Below are positions 47,811-55,862 of a stretch of 64,000 nucleotides of DNA, one piece after another. This DNA comes from Oscillospiraceae bacterium. GTDB taxonomy: Bacteria; Bacillota; Clostridia; Oscillospirales; CAG-272. Both the position numbers and the translations under genes were made by a program. The stretch's first letter is position 1, and the number at the start of each line of letters is the position of its first letter. The stretch spans positions 10,859 to 74,858 of the forward strand of contig SVQY01000001.1 in the NCBI GenBank assembly GCA_015065135.1. Reading direction: 5' to 3'. The notes beneath the pieces are model-generated. The model ran no database searches, was not told where the DNA came from, and saw nothing but the letters and a program-made list of their open reading frames with translations.

Positions 47811-47951
47811 TCATCAACCAAAGGATCAATAATTTGCAAATTATGACGATACCCTTCATCACCGCCAAAGACGGTTTATAAGGAGGATACGCCAATGAAC
47901 AAAAGTGCCTAAGTTTTAGGCAAAGCAAAAACCATTAGTCAAAAAAGCAAA

Positions 47952-47979
47952 GGGCATCCGCCGTCGACAGCGGATGCCC
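47952..47979. terminator. Hairpin GGGCATCCGC-N8-GCGGATGCCC (copy 1 of a direct repeat pair)
   Basis: 10-bp GC-rich stem flanked by A- and T-runs. About 42 nt, including flanks, recur at 48712-48753. Confidence 0.7.
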
Positions 47980-48205
47980 TTTTTATAGGATCGAAATATC
48001 CTCCGTATAGGCGTGTTATCCTTATGAAGAACACGCCTAACTAAGTTTGCTCTGCGAATAATGAGTTTTTGAATTTGGCAAAGTGGGCAAGCTTCACTTT
48101 TCTCGTGCGATAGCACGGGCTTTATCGCAAAGCAACTTCACTTTTGCAACAACGAAAGCTTTGCCAACAGTAAAGAGAGAGTGTTTCTAAGCAAGCTCGC
48201 TCTTT

Positions 48206-48418
48206 TTATTTTTCGTTTGGAACGTATTCGGCGATGTCCTCAAGTCTGCAGTTCAATACAGCACAAAGCTTGGCAAGCGTTTTGGTTTCAATGTTATCGT
48301 TTGATCGTAGACGGCGCACGGTTTTGCTATCAATTCCACACTTTTCGCGCAATACATAAGTGCTGATGCCCTTTTCACGCATCGTTTCCCACAATTTATC
48401 AAACACAATCATTTTCAC
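48206..48418 (-). CDS. XRE-family helix-turn-helix transcriptional regulator (70 aa)
   Basis: The whole protein is a Cro/C1-type HTH (GISTYVLREKCGIDSKTVRRLRSN...TLAKLCAVLNCRLEDI). Confidence 0.8.
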   Translation of the reverse strand: MKMIVFDKLWETMREKGISTYVLREKCGIDSKTVRRLRSNDNIETKTLAKLCAVLNCRLEDIAEYVPNEK

Positions 48419-48424
48419 ACCCCC

Positions 48425-48480
48425 TTGACAAATATTATTATGGGGGTTATAATCTTTTTTGATAAGGGGATATAATCCCC
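48425..48480 (+). promoter_or_regulatory. Promoter and palindromes in front of the AbrB-type gene
   Basis: TTGACA (48425-48430), 17 nt, TATAAT (48448-48453). The palindrome GGGGAT-ATA-ATCCCC lies at 48466-48480. Confidence 0.6.
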
Positions 48481-48531
48481 ATATTAAGTTTTGAAGAACA
48501 GACGTGCAATTAAAACGATAAGAGGTGGGTA

Positions 48532-48705
48532 ATGATGATTGGCATAATAAAGGAATTTGACAAACTGGGAAGAATTGTTATTCCCAAAGAATTGCGGGAC
48601 CGTTATGGCCTTTGGGGCAAAGTGGAAATTGTTGCAACCCAAAACGGCATTTTGATACAGAACCCCCAATATGTGTTGACAGAACGAAATAATAAAGATT
48701 TATAA
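48532..48705 (+). CDS. AbrB/SpoVT (MazE-like swapped-hairpin) domain protein, 57 aa
   Basis: Translated by hand because it falls below the track cutoff: MMIGIIKEFDKLGRIVIPKELRDRYGLWGKVEIVATQNGILIQNPQYVLTERNNKDL. LGRIVIPKELR is the AbrB-fold signature. AGAGGTGGG RBS. Confidence 0.75.
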   Translation: MMIGIIKEFDKLGRIVIPKELRDRYGLWGKVEIVATQNGILIQNPQYVLTERNNKDL

Positions 48706-48718
48706 TTTATAAAGCAAC

Positions 48719-48746
48719 GGGCATCCGCCGTCGGCAGCGGATGCCC
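48719..48746. terminator. Hairpin GGGCATCCGC-N8-GCGGATGCCC (copy 2)
   Basis: 27 of 28 positions are identical to 47952-47979, with similar flanks. Confidence 0.7.
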
Positions 48747-48784
48747 TTTTATATACCAAGTCCAACTAAAATCCGTTAAAGCAC

Positions 48785-48813
48785 TTGACAAAATAACAGT
48801 TATTTTTTATAAT
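48785..48813 (+). promoter_or_regulatory. Promoter of the riboswitch-controlled unit
   Basis: TTGACA (48785-48790), 17 nt, TATAAT (48808-48813). Confidence 0.7.
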
Positions 48814-48824
48814 AGACTTACAAA

Positions 48825-49095
48825 ATCAATGAAACACAGTTCGGCGTGGGAGCTCCGCTCACCGCGCTGTCGGTCGGGGTCTCCCCGGGCGAAGATGAGG
48901 AAAGTGCGGTGCAAATCCGCCACAACAGCCATTGCCGTGATCGCGCCATAGCGCGTCAGCCGGAATGCTCATCGTCCTGTGCCGTAAAAGCCTCTCGGGC
49001 AAATGGAGGGCGCTTGCGGGAAGTTCGGTGAAGTTCCGTCATCGTCTTTCGTCGCGCTCTCTCGGTTGCCACGGCAGCTGTGGAGGGCGTTTTTA
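48825..49095 (+). promoter_or_regulatory. Probable cobalamin (B12) riboswitch with terminator
   Basis: AGGAAAGTGCGGTGCAAATCCGCCACAACAGCC resembles the GGGAA..GGTG.AAATCC..CAGCC core. GTCAGCCGGAATGC is a B12-box-like element. A hairpin CCACGGCAGCTGTGG plus T-run ends the leader. Downstream genes are DUF4430 and an ECF S-component. Confidence 0.6.
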
Positions 49096-49138
49096 CATTC
49101 ATTCTTTTTGTAAATTTTTACGAAAAGAGGAAGAAAAA

Positions 49139-49561
49139 ATGAAAACGGTATCAAAAATTCTGCTCATCTGTCTGGCCTTGCTGACGGTCGTATCCCTAGT
49201 CGCCTGCGCCGACGTAGAAAAAAGCGGCTCCTGGGAAAGTGCCACCTACCTCTCCGACAAGAGCTTCGGCAATGGTGCCAAGACCATTGAGGTGGAGGTC
49301 AAGGCAGACCAGCAGTCGCTGACCTTTACCATCAAGACCGACAAGGCGTTTTTGGGAGAAGCGCTGGCAGAGCACGACCTGATCGAGGGAAAGGAAGGCG
49401 CATACGGCATATTCATAACCTCCGTCAACGGCATTACCGTCAGCGAAGCAGATCGCACCTATTGGGCGCTCTACAAGGATGGCGCCTATTCCATGACCGG
49501 TGTGGACACCACCCCCATCGCCGATGGCGAACACTATGAGCTTGTCAAAGAAAGTTACTGA
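49139..49561 (+). CDS. DUF4430-family lipoprotein (transcobalamin-like fold; B12-associated family)
   Basis: Lipobox LVAC and the motif FITSVNG....YWALYKDG......DGEHYEL typical of DUF4430. Confidence 0.7.
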   Translation: MKTVSKILLICLALLTVVSLVACADVEKSGSWESATYLSDKSFGNGAKTIEVEVKADQQSLTFTIKTDKAFLGEALAEHDLIEGKEGAYGIFITSVNGITVSEADRTYWALYKDGAYSMTGVDTTPIADGEHYELVKESY

Positions 49562-50150
49562 TCAAAAAGCGGCGCAGGCGACGGAACCGTCTGCGCCCCC
49601 ACCTGCACGGAAAGCGTCAAAAAGGTGGCTAACGGTGCGAGAAATGACGGTTTTTGCCATGCTCGGCACCCTGCTTTTTTGCTCCAAGCTGCTGATGGAA
49701 TGGGCGCCGAACATTCATTTTGTAGCCCTCTTTATCATCGTCTATACGCGCGTCTATCGCGCCAAGGCGTTGATCCCCATTTACCTCTTTGTGCTGCTCA
49801 CCGGCGTGTACGGCGGCTTTAACGTCTGGTGGATCCCCTACCTGTATATCTGGCTGCCCGTGTGGGTACTGACGATGCTGCTGCCGCGCAAATGCCCCAA
49901 ATGGCTTTTCGTGACCCTTTGCATCCTCATCGGCGGCGTACACGGCATGGCCTACGGCACGCTTTACGCGCCGGCGCAGGCGCTCTTTTTCAAGATGGAT
50001 GCTCCGACCACCGTGGCCTGGATCCTGACAGGTCTCCCGTGGGATGCGCTGCATGCGGCAGGCAATATGGCGGCTTGTACCTTGGCTCTTCCGCTATCGG
50101 TTTTACTGCAAAAGCTGGAGAACGGTACGAAAAAATCGCAAAAAAGGTAA
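49536..50150 (+). CDS. ECF-transporter S-component-like membrane protein (candidate cobalamin-specific)
   Basis: About 200 aa with 5-6 TM segments, overlapping the DUF4430 gene. The start is uncertain: ATG 49536, or further downstream. Confidence 0.55.
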   Translation: MSLSKKVTDQKAAQATEPSAPPPARKASKRWLTVREMTVFAMLGTLLFCSKLLMEWAPNIHFVALFIIVYTRVYRAKALIPIYLFVLLTGVYGGFNVWWIPYLYIWLPVWVLTMLLPRKCPKWLFVTLCILIGGVHGMAYGTLYAPAQALFFKMDAPTTVAWILTGLPWDALHAAGNMAACTLALPLSVLLQKLENGTKKSQKR

Positions 50151-50188
50151 AAAAGAAGGATGCCTTCGCATCCTTCTTTTTCCTTTGT

Positions 50189-51004
50189 TTACTGCACCAC
50201 GTGAACGTCCATCTGGGGGAACGGAACCGAAATGCCGGCCTCGTTGAATGCAGCAAGGACCTCTTCCTTCAGGTCAAAATTTACCGGCCAGTAATCAGCC
50301 TGCTTTACCCATACACGGGTCACAAAATCCAGCGAGGATGCACCGTGCTCGGTCAGGCGGACCATGGGTTCAGGGGTCTGCAGGATATTGTCGTGCTTGG
50401 CGATCACGGCAAGGATGATCTCCTTGACCTTCTCTACGTCAGAGCCGTATGCCACGCTGAAGGTAAGATCCAGACGGCGGATATCCTTAGCGCTGAAGTT
50501 GGTCACGTTAGAGGAGGTCACGTTCTTGTTGGGGATCACGATGACCTTATTATCGCCGGTCTTCAGCTTGGTGCTGGAGATAGAAATGGACTCAACAGTA
50601 CCCGAAGCGCCACCGATGTCAACAAAGTCGCCCTCATCAAAGGGCTTATTGACCACGATCATAATACCGGATGCCAGGTTGGCGACGGTATCCTGCACGG
50701 CCAAAGAGATGGCCAATGTGAGGGTGGTGAAGATCGCGATGATCGAGGTGGTGTCCACGCCCAGTGCGGAAAGCACGACGATCAGATAAACGATCACCAA
50801 GCCCACCTTGCACAGCGAGGTCAGGAAGTTTGCGCCTGCACCCTTCAGTTTCGTTTTGTTCAAGAGCTTGCGGATCACCTTGACCAGAACGCCAACGGCG
50901 ATCGCACCGAGAACAAGGATCAGAACAAATCTGAGAATGTTGTGCCAGTTGTTCATCACGGTGTTCTTGATGGTGTTCCACAAATTAGTGAACCATTCTT
51001 GCAT
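50189..51004 (-). CDS. MscS-family mechanosensitive ion channel
   Basis: Three N-terminal TM segments followed by PFDEGDFVDIGG..GTVESI, the MscS beta-domain signature. Confidence 0.85.
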   Translation of the reverse strand: MQEWFTNLWNTIKNTVMNNWHNILRFVLILVLGAIAVGVLVKVIRKLLNKTKLKGAGANFLTSLCKVGLVIVYLIVVLSALGVDTTSIIAIFTTLTLAISLAVQDTVANLASGIMIVVNKPFDEGDFVDIGGASGTVESISISSTKLKTGDNKVIVIPNKNVTSSNVTNFSAKDIRRLDLTFSVAYGSDVEKVKEIILAVIAKHDNILQTPEPMVRLTEHGASSLDFVTRVWVKQADYWPVNFDLKEEVLAAFNEAGISVPFPQMDVHVVQ

Positions 51005-51340
51005 GTTTTCCTCCTTTTGTTATGACCCCGAACTCCCTCCAAGGTCACAACGACTTTATATGAAATTTTGAGGGACTACTTCAGCGCCGATGCTGTCATA
51101 ACCGCGCAGTCTGAAAGGTATCTATCAATATTGTAGCACCGCTGCCTGCAGATTGCAATATTTTTGCGCAAAAAAATTAAGAGAAATCCGTTTTTCTGCT
51201 TGGATGGTGAGAACCTCTCGCACAAGCATTTGCCCTTTAAACGCCTTGGCCGCTTACGAGCAAGCTCGACGCGCTTGATCGGCGTTTGTCGCACCCATGT
51301 GTGTGCTGCGCACACACCGTGTCGCTTGCGGCACAGGCCG

Positions 51341-51375
51341 CCAAAAAGGAAAAGGCACCGCGCTTGCGGTGCCTT
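51341..51375 (-). terminator. Intrinsic terminator after tRNA-Glu
   Basis: Stem AAGGCACCGC/GCGGTGCCTT followed by TTTTCCTTTTT on the minus strand. Confidence 0.8.
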
Positions 51376-51383
51376 TTCCTTTT

Positions 51384-51458
51384 TGGTGACCCGTACGGGA
51401 ATCGAACCCATGCCTTCGCCGTGAGAGGGCGACGTCTTAGCCGCTTGACTAACGGGCC
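51384..51458 (-). tRNA. tRNA-Glu (anticodon CUC)
   Basis: Reverse complement: GGCCCGTTAGTCAAGCGGCTAAGACGTCGCCCTCTCACGGCGAAGGCATGGGTTCGATTCCCGTACGGGTCACCA. It folds as a cloverleaf with anticodon loop CU-CUC-AC, T-loop TTCGATT and an encoded CCA. Confidence 0.9.
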
Positions 51459-51475
51459 TTTTGGAGTACTGCGTT

Positions 51476-51504
51476 ATTATATCATATCTTTTATCAAATT
51501 GCAA
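51476..51504 (-). promoter_or_regulatory. Promoter of tRNA-Glu
   Basis: On the minus strand: TTGCAA (51499-51504), 17 nt, TATAAT (51476-51481). Confidence 0.65.
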
Positions 51505-51544
51505 GCCCTTTTTGCAATTTTTTTAAAAATTTTTTTAAGAGACA

Positions 51545-51590
51545 CAAAAGCGAGGGCGTTTCGCGCCCGAAGCGCTTTCCCCTCGCTGCT
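51545..51590 (-). terminator. Intrinsic terminator after the Toprim-domain gene
   Basis: Stem AGCGAGGG/CCCTCGCT with an internal GC-rich stem, followed by TTTTGTGT on the minus strand. Confidence 0.65.
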
Positions 51591-51632
51591 TTTCGCAAAC
51601 TCAGAGCCGTGGAAAACACGGCCCCAAGCTTA

Positions 51633-52238
51633 TCAAATTCCATCTGTGGGGAACGCATCCAGCCTATCCACCGCTGCCTTATACGCCGCGTGGTCCAGGA
51701 TCACGCGCAACGCAGCCAGCAACGCATTGGGGGTCATTCCCTCAGGCAAGCCAAGCATCGCGCAAAGGCGATCCCGGCGGTCGGCGGCATCGGCGCAGCC
51801 GGTAAGTCGATCCTCATACAGCTCCGCCTTGGAAAGCGGATTTTCAGCATACGCCGCATCTCCCGAAAAAGGCAGCAGCAGCTCATAAAGCAATGTGCGC
51901 TCCTGCCCCTCCACGCCAAGCACACCTGCGGCAGAGGGAGCCGATTTCCGCTTTTCCACGCCCTTGATCCGAGGCACGTAAAGCGGAATGATCTGCTGCG
52001 GCGGAACGGCAGAGCCGATATGCGCACGGATCAGCGTGCCGGCGCCGTCCGGATCGGTCAGTACAATGATCGGGCTTTTTTTGGCCAGCGCGCGGAAAAG
52101 CGCCAGCTTTTCCTTCTTTTTAAAAATACCAAAGCCATCGGTGGTGAGGATCTGTCCCTCGGCTACAGACAGAAGTCGCAGCCGATCGTATTTCCCCTCC
52201 ACGATCACCGGGTATTTCAATTTCAGCTTTTCTTTCAT
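51633..52238 (-). CDS. Toprim-domain protein, RNase M5-like (DUF4093-type)
   Basis: N-terminus VIVEGKYD and IIVLTDPDGAG are Toprim acidic motifs. Confidence 0.6.
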   Translation of the reverse strand: MKEKLKLKYPVIVEGKYDRLRLLSVAEGQILTTDGFGIFKKKEKLALFRALAKKSPIIVLTDPDGAGTLIRAHIGSAVPPQQIIPLYVPRIKGVEKRKSAPSAAGVLGVEGQERTLLYELLLPFSGDAAYAENPLSKAELYEDRLTGCADAADRRDRLCAMLGLPEGMTPNALLAALRVILDHAAYKAAVDRLDAFPTDGI

Positions 52239-52248
52239 TTTACTTCCT

Positions 52249-53061
52249 TTATTTCAAAAAACAGAATACCGTTATCGCAATTCCAAGCAAAATACGATAC
52301 ACGCCAAAGGGCAAGAGCGAGTGCCGCCGCACCAGCTCCAGCAGGTAGCGGATCACCGCCAGCGATGTAAAAAACGCCACTGCCGCGCCAACGGTCAACA
52401 CGAGCCATTCGGTAGCGGTCAAGCAGTACCCTGCCGCGATCAGCTTACAGATCTTCAGCGCGCCGGCTCCCATCATCGTGGGCAGACCGAGGAAAAACGA
52501 GAACTCCGCAGCCGCCGTGGTCGAAAGCCCCAGCAGCATACCGCCGAGCATAGTCGCACCGGAGCGCGAGGTGCCCGGCACCAACGAAAGTGCCTGAAAG
52601 CAACCAATGCCGAGCGCCCCCCAAAAAGAGAGCTCGCCCACCGAACGCCCAACAGGATGGCGACGCTGCCAGCTGCCGGAAAACAAAAACAGAATGCCAT
52701 AAAAAATCAGCGCTGCTGCGATCACGGCAGGCGTGTGCAGATAGGTGTCGATCACCTCATCCAGCCAAAAGCCGATCACGGCCGCCGGCAAGGTCGCTAC
52801 AATGACCTTTCCCCACAGCGCCAACGCAGCTCGGCGTTCCGCCCCCTTTGGCGGAAAGAGCCGACGACGGTACAGCACCGCCACCGCCAGGATCGCGCCC
52901 AGCTGAATGGCGACCTCAAATAATTCCAGCGCAGCCGGAGAAAGCGGCAGCTTCAGCACACCCTCCAGCAGGATCAGATGCCCCGTTGAGGAAATGGGCA
53001 GCCATTCGGTAACACCCTCCAGCAAGCCGAAGATAACAGCCGAGAGCAAAACGTAAAACAC
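52249..53061 (-). CDS. uppP: Undecaprenyl-diphosphate phosphatase
   Basis: GLLEGVTEWLPISSTGH and PGTSRSGATM motifs of BacA/UppP. Confidence 0.9.
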   Translation of the reverse strand: MFYVLLSAVIFGLLEGVTEWLPISSTGHLILLEGVLKLPLSPAALELFEVAIQLGAILAVAVLYRRRLFPPKGAERRAALALWGKVIVATLPAAVIGFWLDEVIDTYLHTPAVIAAALIFYGILFLFSGSWQRRHPVGRSVGELSFWGALGIGCFQALSLVPGTSRSGATMLGGMLLGLSTTAAAEFSFFLGLPTMMGAGALKICKLIAAGYCLTATEWLVLTVGAAVAFFTSLAVIRYLLELVRRHSLLPFGVYRILLGIAITVFCFLK

Positions 53062-53147
53062 GGATATTCCCTCCTTGTTGGTTGCAAAAAGCGCAAACGG
53101 TGTGCGTTTTTGCGTAATTTTCTTTCAACAAGGGGGCGTCGGCATGC

Positions 53148-54404
53148 TTATGGCTTTTGCTTGCCGCCATTCTGACGCACGTGCTCAGCATAAAGCTTTG
53201 CCGCCTGCTCGGTTTTGTTTTCTCCGTATTCATAATATTTCCGATCGCGCAGATCACTTGGCAGATATTGCTGCCGCACGTAGTGACAGGTGTAGTCGTG
53301 CGGATATTTATATCCTTGAAACAGCGGGGATTGCAGATGCCGCGGTACCTCGTTGCCGCGGCCGGCATCCACATCCTCCATCGCTGCTGCCAGCGCCAGA
53401 TACGCCGTGTTGGATTTGGGCGCGGTGGCCAGCATAAGGGCAGCATTGATAAGCGGAATGCGTGCCTCGGGGAAGCCCAGCTCCATTGCCGATTCGCAGC
53501 AGGAGCGCACAACGGTGGCTGCCTGCGGATAGGCCAGGCCAACATCCTCCGAGGCGATCACCTGCAGTCTGCGGCAAAGCGAGATCAGCTCGCCTGCTGC
53601 CACCAGCTTTGCTACATAAAAGGCGGTCGCATCCGGATCCGAGCCCCGGATCGACTTTTGCAGGCAGGAAAGCAGATCGTAGTGCGTGTCGTCATTGAAA
53701 TTGCCTACACGCACGTAAAAATCATCCACATTTTCCTTAGAAATCCATACCGTTTCCTGATTTTCGTTACCGCTAGCCGCAAAATAGGCGTTCTCCAAAA
53801 GGCCGATGCCGCGGCGCACATCGCCCCGGACACCGTTGGCAATATGAGAAAGAACGGCCTCCTCGGCCTGCACGCTTGTGCCGTGCTCGGCATTGAGATG
53901 TGCCAGGGCGCGCGCCAGAGCGGGCACCATTTCGGCAGGCTTCACCGGTCGGAACTCAAACAACGAGGAACGGGAAATGATCGCGTTATAAATGTAAAAA
54001 TGAGGATTTTCGGTAGTGGAGGCGATCAGCGTAACACGCCCATCCTCCATGTACTCCAGCAGGGATTGCTGCTGCTTGCGATTGAAATACTGGATCTCGT
54101 CCAGATACAGCAGGATGCCGCCGGCGCCGAACACATTGGCAGTCTCGGCCAACACCTCTTTGACGTCAGAGAGGCTGGCAGAGGTACAGTTCAAACGGCG
54201 AAAGACCATCCCGGACTGCTTGGCAATAATAGCCGCAGCGGTGGTCTTGCCCGTGCCGGGAGGGCCAAAAAAGATCATATTGGTGATACGGCCGCTCTCG
54301 ACCATACGGCGCACGACACCGCGGGGGCCAAAGAGGTGGCTCTGCCCCACGATGGTGTCAAAGCTATCCGGTCGCAGGATATCGGCTAATTGCTCGTTTC
54401 TCAT
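53148..54404 (-). CDS. rarA: Replication-associated recombination protein A (AAA+ ATPase)
   Basis: Walker A GPPGTGKTT, Walker B LYLDEI, C-terminal MgsA domain (YKYPHDY). Confidence 0.9.
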   Translation of the reverse strand: MRNEQLADILRPDSFDTIVGQSHLFGPRGVVRRMVESGRITNMIFFGPPGTGKTTAAAIIAKQSGMVFRRLNCTSASLSDVKEVLAETANVFGAGGILLYLDEIQYFNRKQQQSLLEYMEDGRVTLIASTTENPHFYIYNAIISRSSLFEFRPVKPAEMVPALARALAHLNAEHGTSVQAEEAVLSHIANGVRGDVRRGIGLLENAYFAASGNENQETVWISKENVDDFYVRVGNFNDDTHYDLLSCLQKSIRGSDPDATAFYVAKLVAAGELISLCRRLQVIASEDVGLAYPQAATVVRSCCESAMELGFPEARIPLINAALMLATAPKSNTAYLALAAAMEDVDAGRGNEVPRHLQSPLFQGYKYPHDYTCHYVRQQYLPSDLRDRKYYEYGENKTEQAAKLYAEHVRQNGGKQKP

Positions 54405-54451
54405 ACCGTTTCCTCACATTTTTACATTTTGCGAAAGCGCACAGCACCCGG

Positions 54452-55699
54452 TCACTCGCCCGAGCGGATAATATCCCCCTCACCTGCTATATGCGGCAAG
54501 CGGCAAAAAAATGCCATTTTCGGATGGGGGGCCGATGGGATCGGTATCCCGTTTTCATCGTAAAGCTCCTTTACGTCAAAGGGGATGCCCACTCTGCCCG
54601 GCGTCAGCAGCTCCGCTCTGTCACCGAGGCTGACCTTATTGCGCTGCAGCAGGCGACAGAGCTTGCCCTCCTCATTGACGGCCTCAAGGCCTATGGGCAG
54701 CTCGCCTGTTTCCGTGACGGTAGCGAAATAAGCCTTTTCGCGAATATAACCAACATCCTCGGTAAGCTGAGGATTCTGACGGGGATCGTCAAACCAATAG
54801 CCGGTGCAATAGGCACGGTGAGAAACGCTTTCCACCTCGCGATACCATGCCTCGTTAAAGGTGTACCCCTCCGGATCGGCATAGTAGGCATCCAAAGCCA
54901 TACGGTAAGCATTGGTCACCACCGCCGTGTAATAAGCACTCTTCATGCGCCCCTCGATCTTAAAGGAGGTCACGCCCGCGCGGATCAGCTCGGGGATATG
55001 GCGCAACGCGCACATATCCTTAGAAGAAAGGATGAAGGTGCCGTTCTCGTTCTCCATCACCGGCAGCCGCTCATCGGGGCGCTTTTCCTCTACGATGGTG
55101 TAATTCCAGCGACAGGGCTGCGCGCAGCCGCCGCGATTGGCATCTCGGCCGGTAAACTCGTTGGAAAGCATGCAACGTCCACTGTAGGAAACGCACATAG
55201 AGCCGTGCACGAAGGCCTCCAGCTCCACCTTGGGATCCAGCGCCTCGCGAATGTCGCGCACCTCCTGCATATTCAGCTCTCTTGCCAGCACAAGACGGGT
55301 GGCGCCCAACGCCGCCCACGCCTTCGCCGCCGCAGGGCTGACGATGCTGGCCTGGGTGGAAATATGCACGTCCATATTGGGCAAAAGCTCCCGAACGGTA
55401 GCAAAAACGCCCATATCGCTGACGATCAGACCGTCGATGTCAAGCGGCTCCAGTCGTTGCAGATACTCGCGAAGGCGAGGATATTCGCCGCCGTGCGGCA
55501 TCGTATTGACTGTCAGATACAGCTTCTTGCCGTGGGCATGAACATACGCAGCGGCCTTGGCCAGCTCCTCGTCGGTAAAGTTATCCGCCGCCGAACGCAT
55601 ACCAAAGCTCTTTCCTGCCAGATAGACCGCATCCGCGCCAAAGCGCAGCGCGGCGACAAGCTTTTCAAAATTACCCGCAGGAGACAAAAGCTCGGTCAT
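54452..55699 (-). CDS. U32-family peptidase-like protein
   Basis: ELLSPAGNFEKL, E.FVHGSMCVSYSGRC and C..PCRW motifs. The start was moved to ATG 55699 (GGGAG RBS). Confidence 0.8.
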   Translation of the reverse strand: MTELLSPAGNFEKLVAALRFGADAVYLAGKSFGMRSAADNFTDEELAKAAAYVHAHGKKLYLTVNTMPHGGEYPRLREYLQRLEPLDIDGLIVSDMGVFATVRELLPNMDVHISTQASIVSPAAAKAWAALGATRLVLARELNMQEVRDIREALDPKVELEAFVHGSMCVSYSGRCMLSNEFTGRDANRGGCAQPCRWNYTIVEEKRPDERLPVMENENGTFILSSKDMCALRHIPELIRAGVTSFKIEGRMKSAYYTAVVTNAYRMALDAYYADPEGYTFNEAWYREVESVSHRAYCTGYWFDDPRQNPQLTEDVGYIREKAYFATVTETGELPIGLEAVNEEGKLCRLLQRNKVSLGDRAELLTPGRVGIPFDVKELYDENGIPIPSAPHPKMAFFCRLPHIAGEGDIIRSGE

Positions 55700-55862
55700 A
55701 TGATCACTCCCTTCGTGCAAAGATCGGCATTGCCGCACAGTTATATTTATTATAGTATTTTTCCGCGCTCCTGTCAAGCGGCGATGACTGCATTTGGGGC
55801 TTGTAAAACCGACCCGTCTGTGTTATAATAATTTTAACCGTACACGAAAGGAGGGCCGCACT

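Noticed and set aside
47895-47912. AGGAGG-led mini-ORF (MNKSA) after rubrerythrin.
   Set aside because: Five codons only. It is more likely a fortuitous SD-like sequence in the AT-rich islet.
49138-49152. ATGAAAACGGTATCA matches the catabolite-responsive element consensus WTGNAANCGNWNNCW.
   Set aside because: It coincides with the start codon and is one instance of the dispersed AAACGGTATC word. The other copies lack the TG/CA arms, so a CcpA site is not the parsimonious explanation.
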